DNA of 64,000 nucleotides from Pseudomonadota bacterium (GTDB lineage Bacteria; Pseudomonadota; Gammaproteobacteria; Burkholderiales; Burkholderiaceae_D): NCBI GenBank assembly GCA_040385645.1, contig JAZKGZ010000016.1, positions 36,935 to 100,934 of the forward strand, read 5' to 3'. Shown piece by piece: positions 56,553 to 64,000 of this stretch (position 1 is its first letter; each line of letters starts with the position of its first letter). The notes under the pieces were generated by a model. It saw only the letters and a program-made list of their open reading frames with translations, ran no database searches and was not told where the DNA came from. The position numbers and the translations under genes were made by a program.

Positions 56553-56907
56553 TGGCTTCGTCGATCAGCCGCGACATCTCGATGCCTCGCGCGGTGGATG
56601 TATCGTGCACGAAGTGTAATTCCGGCAATGTATGTATCGTCAAACGCTTGCCGAGCTGGATGCGGATGTACCCTGCTGCTGCATGAAGCCCGGCAACCGT
56701 GTTGCGAATGGTTTCGGCATCGTCCGACAACATCGTGAAGAATACTTTTGCATGGGCGTAGTCGGCGGTGATCTGCACTTCCGTAATCGTGATCATGCCG
56801 ACCCGCGGGTCTTTCAACTCGAACGCGACGATCTCCGACAGATCCCGCTGGATCTGATCGGCGACCCGCAAGCCGCGGGTCGGTATCGCTTTGCTATGTT
56901 TTGCCAT
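56518..56907 (-). CDS. rbfA: Ribosome-binding factor A
   Basis: [42 protein letters not shown]. Confidence 0.92.
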
Positions 56908-56931
56908 GATGAATAGTGGAAGAGGTGCGGG

Positions 56932-59766
56932 TCAGAGCGACCGTGCAACTTCCTGTACCTCGAACACTTCCAACTGATCGCCTTCTTTGATGTCGTTGTA
57001 ATTCTTCAGTGTCAAACCGCACTCGAGCCCGGAGCGTACTTCCTTGACATCGTCCTTGAAGCGCTTGAGCGAATCGAGCTCGCCGGTCCAGAGAATGATG
57101 TTGTCGCGCAGCAGTCGTACCGAAGCACCACGACGCACCAAACCATCGATTACCAGACAACCGGCGATCGAGCCGACCTTGCTGACCTGCAGTACCTGAC
57201 GAATCTCTACCACACCCAATGCCTGCTCGCGTTTTTCAGGTGCGAGCATGCCCGACATTGCCGCTTTAATTTCGTCGACGGCGTCGTAGATGATCGTGTA
57301 GTAACGAATGTCAACGCCATTGGCCTCGGCCAGCTTGCGCGCCTGCGCATCGGCCCGCGTGTTGAAGCCGATGATGACGGCTTTGGACGCGACTGCCAAA
57401 TTGACGTCCGACTCGGTAATGCCACCAACGGCCGCATGCACCACCTGCACCCGTACTTCGGAAGTGGACAGCTTTTGCATCGAATGCATCAGCGCTTCTT
57501 GTGAACCCTGGACATCGGTCTTGATAATCATCGGCAAGTTCTTGACTTCGCCGTCGCCCATGTTCTCGAAAATGTTTTCCAGCTTCGCGGCTTGCTGCTT
57601 TGCCAGTTTCACGTCACGGAATTTACCTTGACGGAACAAGCCGATTTCACGCGCCTTGCGCTCGTCGACCATCACCATCACATCTTCGCCGGCTGCCGGC
57701 ACTTCGGTCAGGCCCTGAATTTCTACGGGAATAGACGGGCCGGCCTCGCTGATGCTCTTGCCGTTTTCATCGAGCATGGCACGTACACGGCCATAGGCCG
57801 AACCTGCCAGCACGACGTCACCACGCCGCAGTGTGCCGGACTGCACCAGGATGGTTGCAACCGGGCCACGACCCTTGTCGAGTTTCGCTTCGATCACCAG
57901 ACCACGCGCCGGTGAGGAAATCGCCGCCTGCAATTCGAGCACTTCCGCCTGCAAGAGCACGTTCTCCAGCAACGTATCGATGCCTTCGCCGGTTTTGGCA
58001 GACACTGAAATGAAAGGTGCTTCGCCGCCGTACTCTTCCGGCACTACCTGTTCGGCAACCAGTTCCTGCTTTACCCGATCCAGATTCGCACCGGGCTTGT
58101 CGATCTTGTTGATCGCTACGACCAGCGGCACGCCTGCCGCCTTGGCATGGGCAATCGCTTCCTTGGTTTGCGGCATGACGCCGTCGTCGGCTGCCACCAC
58201 GAGAATGACGATGTCCGTCGCACGCGCGCCGCGAGCACGCATGGCAGTAAAAGCTTCATGGCCCGGCGTATCGAGGAACGTGATCATGCCGCGTGGTGTT
58301 TCGACATGATACGCACCGATGTGCTGGGTAATGCCGCCGGCCTCACCCGAAGCGACCTTGGCACGACGGATGTAGTCGAGCAGCGAGGTCTTGCCATGAT
58401 CGACGTGACCCATGACCGTGACCACCGGTGCTCTAGGAACCAGGACGGCGTCCGCATGCTCGACGCCACCTTCCAGCAGCGCTTCCGGATCATCGAGTTT
58501 CGCGGGATGCGCCGTATGGCCCATTTCCTCGACCAGAATCATGGCCGTTTCCTGATCCAGCACCTGATTGATCGTCACCATCTGGCCAAGCTTCATCAAA
58601 TGCTTGATGACTTCCGAGGCCTTGACCGACATCTTGTGCGCCAGTTCGGCGACCGTGATGGTCTCGGGCACGTGTACATCCTTGACGACAGCTTCGGTCG
58701 GTGCCTGGAAATTGGTTTCATGATCTTCGCCATGCGATGGGCGGCGTCCACGCGGACCACCACGCCAGGCATCGCGCCCGCCGCCGGTATTGCCGCGGGT
58801 CTTGATGCCGGCACTGCGTTTCTTGGCGTCGTCTTGCCAGGTCGATGAGACATTGGCCGACTTGATCGATTTCTTGTCGGCACCGAGCGCAGGTTTCTTG
58901 TCGGCCGGCTTGTCGCCGACTTTCTTGTCCGCCGGCTTGTGCAACGTACCTTCGGCAGCACGGGCGACGGCAGCAACGGGTGCTGCAGCAGGCGCAGCAA
59001 CCGGCTCAGGCGCTTTGATAGCACGCCGTGGTGCGCTCATCATCAGTTTTATCTGAGCAACTTCGTCGGCGACGACCTTACGTGCGCGCTCGGTTGCAGC
59101 GGCTTTTTCAGAGGCTTCGCGTGCGACATCTTTGGCAGCTTGCACGGCCTTTTTCTTTGCCTCTTCGGCATTGATACGTTTCTTCTCTTCCGCAGCCGAC
59201 TCGTCAGCTTTTGCTTCGGCAGCTGCCGCCGGTGCAGCAGCGGCCGCTTTCTCCGCATCGGCCTGGGCTTTTTGCATGGCCTTGGCCTGCGTTTCTTTTT
59301 CCAGTTCCAACTTCTGTAGGCGCTCTTGTTTTTCGCGCAGATCAGCTTCCTGTCGGGCGATCAGCTCTGTCTGCCGACGGGCTTCATCCGCACGGCGAGC
59401 CATTTCCACCTCGTCGATGACAGGTGCCGCTGGCACAACCGGCGCGACTTCGACGACCGGGTCGTCGCGCTTGACGAACGTGCGCTTTTTACGAACCTCT
59501 ACCTGGATCGTGCGTGACTTGCCGGTGGCATCGGCCTGCTTGATCTCGGTCGTTTCTTTGCGCGTGAGCGTGATTTTCTTTTTGTCGCCATCGGAGGCAG
59601 CACCGTGCGCGCGGCGCAGGTGTCCGAGCAACTTGTCCTTGTCTTCCTTGGACAGTACGTCGGCGTCGGATGTCTTTTCAACGCCGGCAGCACGTAGCTG
59701 CGTCAACAGCAGATCGGCCGGCATCTTCAGCTCGGTAGCAAATTGGGCCACGTTGTTACTCGCCAT
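56932..59766 (-). CDS. infB: Translation initiation factor IF-2
   Basis: 944 aa. [29 protein letters not shown]. Confidence 0.97.
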   Translation of the reverse strand: MASNNVAQFATELKMPADLLLTQLRAAGVEKTSDADVLSKEDKDKLLGHLRRAHGAASDGDKKKITLTRKETTEIKQADATGKSRTIQVEVRKKRTFVKRDDPVVEVAPVVPAAPVIDEVEMARRADEARRQTELIARQEADLREKQERLQKLELEKETQAKAMQKAQADAEKAAAAAPAAAAEAKADESAAEEKKRINAEEAKKKAVQAAKDVAREASEKAAATERARKVVADEVAQIKLMMSAPRRAIKAPEPVAAPAAAPVAAVARAAEGTLHKPADKKVGDKPADKKPALGADKKSIKSANVSSTWQDDAKKRSAGIKTRGNTGGGRDAWRGGPRGRRPSHGEDHETNFQAPTEAVVKDVHVPETITVAELAHKMSVKASEVIKHLMKLGQMVTINQVLDQETAMILVEEMGHTAHPAKLDDPEALLEGGVEHADAVLVPRAPVVTVMGHVDHGKTSLLDYIRRAKVASGEAGGITQHIGAYHVETPRGMITFLDTPGHEAFTAMRARGARATDIVILVVAADDGVMPQTKEAIAHAKAAGVPLVVAINKIDKPGANLDRVKQELVAEQVVPEEYGGEAPFISVSAKTGEGIDTLLENVLLQAEVLELQAAISSPARGLVIEAKLDKGRGPVATILVQSGTLRRGDVVLAGSAYGRVRAMLDENGKSISEAGPSIPVEIQGLTEVPAAGEDVMVMVDERKAREIGLFRQGKFRDVKLAKQQAAKLENIFENMGDGEVKNLPMIIKTDVQGSQEALMHSMQKLSTSEVRVQVVHAAVGGITESDVNLAVASKAVIIGFNTRADAQARKLAEANGVDIRYYTIIYDAVDEIKAAMSGMLAPEKREQALGVVEIRQVLQVSKVGSIAGCLVIDGLVRRGASVRLLRDNIILWTGELDSLKRFKDDVKEVRSGLECGLTLKNYNDIKEGDQLEVFEVQEVARSL

Positions 59767-59816
59767 TCAGTCCTCTTTTCTATGTGACGCGGTAGATGTG
59801 ATCGAATCCGCGCGGA

Positions 59817-61376
59817 TCATTTCGCTTCCGCCAGATTCCATACCCGAGCTTGCAAAGCCTTGGCATGTTCATCGTACTTGGCATCGATGAGTTTCATTTC
59901 CTCATCGGTCACATCCTTAAATTCATCCTTGATCAATTGCCGCGCACGCTCGGTAGACAACGCCAGAATCGCACCGAATTCATCGTATGCCAACGCCGAA
60001 AATGCCTCGAGCGTTTTGATGCCTGCCAGACCCAGCTTGCCGGCCATCGACCGGGTCATGCCGTCGAAATTTGCCAGCGCATCGTCCATGCCTTCCATGC
60101 CTTCTTCCGAAGCGATTGCCTCGGTTACCAGCGCATCGCGTGCACGGTTGCGCAGCTCATTGACGGTGTCTTCATCGAACGATTCGATATCCAGCATTTC
60201 GCTGATCGGCACATAGGCGATCTCTTCCAGACTAGCGAAGCCCTCCGCTGCCAAGATATCGGCAACCTCTTGATCGACGTCGAGCTTCTCCATGAACAGC
60301 GATCGCACTGCCGCGGTTTCAGTCGCCGACTTGTCGGCAGATTCTTCAGCGGTCATGATGTTGATCTGCCAGCCGGTCAGTTCCGCCGCCAGGCGTACAT
60401 TTTGACCGCCGCGGCCGATGGCGATCGCCAGATTTTCTTCGTCGACCACCACATCCATCGCATGCTTGTCTTCGTCGACCATGATCGACGATACGTTTGC
60501 CGGTGCCAATGCGCCGATGACGAATTGCGCCGGGTCGTCCGACCACAGCACGATATCGACCCGCTCGCCACCCAGCTCACCGGTGACTGCCTGAACACGC
60601 GAACCGCGCATACCAACGCAGGTACCGATCGGATCGATGCGTTTGTCAGCGGTGAAAACTGCGATCTTTGCCCGGATGCCCGCGTCACGCGCCGCCGATT
60701 TGATTTCCAGGAGTCCTTGCTCGATTTCCGGCACTTCGAGTTCGAACAACTTCATGATGAAATCCGGTGCCGTGCGCGACAAAATCACCTGCGGCCCACG
60801 CGCATTGCGGTCGATGCGCAGGATAAACGCACGCACCCGGTCGCCGATGCGCAGGTTTTCTTTTTGAATCATCTGATCACGGGGCAGGCGGGCTTCGATC
60901 TTGCCCGACTCGACGATCGCATCGCCACGTTCCATGCGCTTGATCGTGCCGGTGACCAATGAATCGCCACGGTCAAGAAAATCGACCAGTATCTGCTCAC
61001 GCTCGGCATCGCGGATGCGCTGCAATACCACTTGCTTGGTGTCCTGCGCGAAGCGGCGGCCGAAGTCCAGAGATTCGATCGGCTCTTCGATATGGTCGTC
61101 TACCTCGATATCGCCGATCTGTTCCTTGGCTTCGAAATGCAGAATTTCCTGGTCGGGCAATTGCAGGCCGGCTTCGTCGGGCACGACATGCCAGCGACGA
61201 AACGATTCGAATTCGCCCGACTCTCGATCGATGGTGACGCGAATGTCGACGTCGCCTTCGTAACGTTTTTTTGTCGCTTGCGATAATGCATGTTCCAGGG
61301 CACCGAAGACGACATCTTTGTCAACGTTCTTTTCGCGCGCGAGCGCATCGACCAATAATAAAACTTCGCGAGTCAT
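59817..61376 (-). CDS. nusA: Transcription termination/antitermination factor NusA
   Basis: [19 protein letters not shown]1 and KH domains, C-terminal acidic repeats. Confidence 0.97.
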   Translation of the reverse strand: MTREVLLLVDALAREKNVDKDVVFGALEHALSQATKKRYEGDVDIRVTIDRESGEFESFRRWHVVPDEAGLQLPDQEILHFEAKEQIGDIEVDDHIEEPIESLDFGRRFAQDTKQVVLQRIRDAEREQILVDFLDRGDSLVTGTIKRMERGDAIVESGKIEARLPRDQMIQKENLRIGDRVRAFILRIDRNARGPQVILSRTAPDFIMKLFELEVPEIEQGLLEIKSAARDAGIRAKIAVFTADKRIDPIGTCVGMRGSRVQAVTGELGGERVDIVLWSDDPAQFVIGALAPANVSSIMVDEDKHAMDVVVDEENLAIAIGRGGQNVRLAAELTGWQINIMTAEESADKSATETAAVRSLFMEKLDVDQEVADILAAEGFASLEEIAYVPISEMLDIESFDEDTVNELRNRARDALVTEAIASEEGMEGMDDALANFDGMTRSMAGKLGLAGIKTLEAFSALAYDEFGAILALSTERARQLIKDEFKDVTDEEMKLIDAKYDEHAKALQARVWNLAEAK

Positions 61377-61882
61377 GCTTTGCGGCTCCTAAAATCCACC
61401 TTCGGCACCAACCGTGCCTTATCTACATCGGCGAGCGTAAATTCAAGCATCGCCGGCCCCTCTTTACCTTCGAATTCCAACGCCAGCTTGTCGTTATTCG
61501 GTTCCTGTAAAACACCTTGGAACGATTTACGGTTGGCGGCACCTGGCATCGGCAACCGTAATTTCACCAACGCTTCCTGCCCGGCGAAGCGGTGATAATC
61601 GGCTATTTTTTTCAACGGCCGGTCCAGGCCTGGCGAAGAAACTTCCAATCGCTCGTAAGCCGCGTTTTCAACTGTCAATACATGCAGCAACTGGTGCGTG
61701 ACTTTCTCGCAATCTTCGACTGTAATAAAACCACGCTCGGCTTCTTCCGGTATGAAATCGATATATACGCGGACCAGTCCTCGGGCGGCCAGCTCGAAAT
61801 CGACCAGTTCGTATCCTTGGCCTTGCACGGTTTTTTCAATTATTTCCGACAACTGCACGACTTTCTCCAATCGACCTGCCAA
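61373..61882 (-). CDS. rimP: Ribosome maturation factor RimP
   Basis: [21 protein letters not shown]...[12 protein letters not shown]. The true start may be the GTG near 61858. 4-nt overlap with nusA. Confidence 0.9.
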   Translation of the reverse strand: MAGRLEKVVQLSEIIEKTVQGQGYELVDFELAARGLVRVYIDFIPEEAERGFITVEDCEKVTHQLLHVLTVENAAYERLEVSSPGLDRPLKKIADYHRFAGQEALVKLRLPMPGAANRKSFQGVLQEPNNDKLALEFEGKEGPAMLEFTLADVDKARLVPKVDFRSRKA

Positions 61883-61940
61883 CCGCCGCCTGATGATTTC
61901 TGCGCGGAATCACTGGACGTTGTTCCGCAAAACGTTCAGC

Positions 61941-61965
61941 AAAAAAAAAATGGGCATCTGCCCAT
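61941..61965 (-). terminator. Rho-independent terminator downstream of rluB
   Basis: The minus strand has ATGGGCA-GA-TGCCCAT followed by T10. Confidence 0.6.
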
Positions 61966-62172
61966 CTTTCTTATTTTTAAAGGTCGCGTGGCCAGCTTCT
62001 CGCTTTTGCACTGTTAAAACGACTCTTCACTGCTTCTTATACGGCTTTTAATAACTGCAAGATTATAAAGTACGTAGCCGGTCACTGCAATCAGGCATTG
62101 CATAAATGCAGTCGAAGCGAAGTTTCGAAGATGTAATTTACTTATCGCAACAAAACACGTATTTGCGGCATC

Positions 62173-64000
62173 TTATCCCTTAGGCCGTCTACGAGGCATC
62201 GCCTGCCCAGTTCTCACATTACCGTTGCCGCCTTGATAGCCGCTACTGTTGCCGTTCGTATTACTGTTGCCGCCTTGGTAATTGCCGTTCCCGCCGCTTT
62301 GACCGCCGCGGTTTTGAGCATTCATGCCGCCGCCATTACGTCGTGGTTGGCCCATTCCCGGAAAACCCAGCGCAGTTTGTAAAGGATCAGGCTGCCGCGG
62401 TCGGCTTGGGCCGGCCGGGCGCGTGGGATCGGCCGAATACTTGCCGTTTTCTTGATGAACATTTTTTCCTTGATAACCCTGACGCGGGCCAGGATTGCTG
62501 CGTGTTTGGCCAAATTTAGGAATCGAACCTGGTTGGCTTGGCAGGGCATCGTAAATACTGTTGCCGCGTTCGATACCGGCCGGCCTTTTCTCCGGACGCT
62601 CACCACGGTCGCCACGGTCGTTCCGGGTACCCGAGACGGGTTGTCCGGAAATTTTATCCAGTCCACTTACGCTCAAGAGGTCGCGTACCGCATGTTCATC
62701 CATTTCTTCCCAGCGGCCGCGCTTCAAGGTACGCGGCAAGGTCAGCGCGCCGTAGCGTGTGCGAATCAGCCGAGACACTGTCAAGCCGATCGCTTCGAAC
62801 ATACGACGCACCTCGCGATTACGCCCTTCGCCGATGGTTACGCGATACCATTTATTGACGCCTTCCCCGCCGCCGTCCGCAATTTTGGAGAATTGAGCCG
62901 CACCATCTTCGAGTTCGACGCCGGCCAACAGCTTTTGTCGCATGCCTTCTTCCAATTCACCCAGGGTGCGTACGGCATATTCACGATCGATGCCGTAGCG
63001 CGGATGCATCAGGCGATTTGCCAAGTCGCCCGAGGTCGTGAAGAGCAGCAGGCCTTCGGTATTGAAATCAAGCCGGCCGACGGCAAGCCATTTACCTGCC
63101 TTCATCGTCGGTAGTCTATCGAAAACCGAAGGCCGGCCGTCCGGATCGTTGGTACTGACGATCTCGCCGGCAGGTTTGTGATACACCAACACTCGTGGCG
63201 GACGCTTGCTAACTTTTCTTTGGATCAGCTTACCGTTGATGCGCACCTGATCGGCAGGCAAAATGCGCTGACCGATATGCGCCGGCTCGCCATTCACTGA
63301 TACCCGCCCCGCCACGATCAGCTCTTCCATATCGCGCCGCGAACCCAAACCGGCTTCGGCCAACACTTTGTGCAGCTTCGGTGCGTCGTCGTCGGCAGTC
63401 AGATCGCGTCGTGGCGCTTTGGGCGTCGTGTGGCGTGCGCCGGCCTCTTCCTCAGCAGCCTTATCGAAAGCTTCCGAGGTTACGAATGAAAAAACGGCGT
63501 CGGCATCGCCGGGACGCATTGGAGAAGGATTTCGCGTACCGGCAGCAGGCAGCTTGGCGTTTGGCTTGCCGCCCGGCTTACTACCAGGATTGGCACGGTG
63601 GTTGGTACGTAATTTAGGCTTGCCCTGACGCGACTCATGGCGCACACCGGGCTTTGTAGCCGGCTCATCAGGTTTTTCATCAGCGAAATTGGCAATCGCG
63701 GGAGGGTGCTTCTCGCCAGATTCGGGCACGTTGTCGGCAGGGGTTTCGGAAATTGCCGGCGTACTGTGTTTTTCATGGCGAACTCGTCCGGTGTCGCCGA
63801 CAGTCCCGGTACCGGTACCGGGACGCGGCGAATTTCGCCCGCGACGTAGTGTGCGTGGCCCGCGCACGCCCCGCTTTTCCGCTTTCGGTTGTACAACTTC
63901 CGTCGAAACGTTTGGATTGCCGTCGCTGGTGGCAGATACTTCACTTTTTTCACGTGGTACCCCTACTGTGAGAGGCTTTTCGCTCGGCGGAACGTCGTCG
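62173..64000 (-). CDS. rluB: 23S rRNA pseudouridine(2605) synthase RluB with long disordered tails (5' end beyond the window)
   Basis: S4 domain ([21 protein letters not shown]), catalytic block [14 protein letters not shown]. My translation of 63868-64000 stays open in the same frame (..[21 protein letters not shown]..), so the N-terminus runs off-window. Confidence 0.85.
   Translation of the reverse strand, partial: DDVPPSEKPLTVGVPREKSEVSATSDGNPNVSTEVVQPKAEKRGVRGPRTLRRGRNSPRPGTGTGTVGDTGRVRHEKHSTPAISETPADNVPESGEKHPPAIANFADEKPDEPATKPGVRHESRQGKPKLRTNHRANPGSKPGGKPNAKLPAAGTRNPSPMRPGDADAVFSFVTSEAFDKAAEEEAGARHTTPKAPRRDLTADDDAPKLHKVLAEAGLGSRRDMEELIVAGRVSVNGEPAHIGQRILPADQVRINGKLIQRKVSKRPPRVLVYHKPAGEIVSTNDPDGRPSVFDRLPTMKAGKWLAVGRLDFNTEGLLLFTTSGDLANRLMHPRYGIDREYAVRTLGELEEGMRQKLLAGVELEDGAAQFSKIADGGGEGVNKWYRVTIGEGRNREVRRMFEAIGLTVSRLIRTRYGALTLPRTLKRGRWEEMDEHAVRDLLSVSGLDKISGQPVSGTRNDRGDRGERPEKRPAGIERGNSIYDALPSQPGSIPKFGQTRSNPGPRQGYQGKNVHQENGKYSADPTRPAGPSRPRQPDPLQTALGFPGMGQPRRNGGGMNAQNRGGQSGGNGNYQGGNSNTNGNSSGYQGGNGNVRTGQAMPRRRPKG

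Noticed and set aside
58790-59500. Repetitive Ala/Lys/Glu-rich DNA that might be taken for tandem repeats
   Set aside because: It encodes the normal low-complexity N-terminal region of IF-2.
59850-60962. Long antisense ORFs inside conserved genes. Examples are 59850-60962 in nusA, 23155-24015 in tadA, 45963-46826 in acs and 58147-58848 in infB.
   Set aside because: These are typical high-GC shadow frames with Arg/His/Gln-rich nonsense composition. The opposite strand encodes unmistakable conserved proteins.
1-64000. CRISPR arrays, rRNA genes, intact IS elements and prophage structural genes
   Set aside because: I saw no regularly spaced direct repeats, no rRNA-like sequence and no full-length transposase or phage morphogenesis genes. 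Only two short IS3 OrfA remnants are present.

Overview
This looks like a chromosomal segment of a betaproteobacterium. Gene order and protein signatures resemble Burkholderiales/Oxalobacteraceae, but that is inference only and no search was run.

Conserved backbone:
- A multi-PAS GGDEF protein.
- The glnA-DUF4124-ntrB-ntrC nitrogen module, with a recognisable sigma-54 promoter and NtrC dyads.
- prfC, and a GH2 gene next to a GH1-like/RmlD-like fusion.
- acs, class I fumarase, tRNA-His, dusA and typA.
- The rimP-nusA-infB-rbfA-truB operon, and rluB, which runs off the right edge.

Accessory content:
1. 19.6-31.1 kb: a tightly coupled Tad/Flp-type (type IVc) pilus locus of non-canonical composition. 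It has an FHA-fused CpaF ATPase and a DUF192-TadE fusion, and five proteins carry a G/XXXXE[YF]-like prepilin motif. No TadV or TadZ is visible. An ExeA/GspB-like pair lies beside it at 32.1-34.6 kb.
2. 34.9-39.5 kb: a patch that looks AT-richer by eye. It includes a putative R-S-ExE ADP-ribosyltransferase-like protein.
3. About 38.6-44.65 kb: a decayed island abutting the 3' end of tRNA-Ser(GGA). It holds one intact and one degraded toxin-antitoxin module and IS3-family debris.

The island also carries the two best candidates for an undescribed defence-type system:
- A Zn-ribbon protein with a nucleoside 2-deoxyribosyltransferase/TIR-like C-terminal domain (41043-41978).
- A translationally coupled pair made of an unassignable 288-aa protein and a small 4-TM protein (42484-43811).

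A G11/C11 homopolymer tract and an IS fragment sit between these two.

No rRNA genes or CRISPR arrays were seen. All family assignments come from motif recognition by eye. Hand-placed coordinates (terminators, promoters, tRNAs, revised starts) may be off by 1-2 nt.
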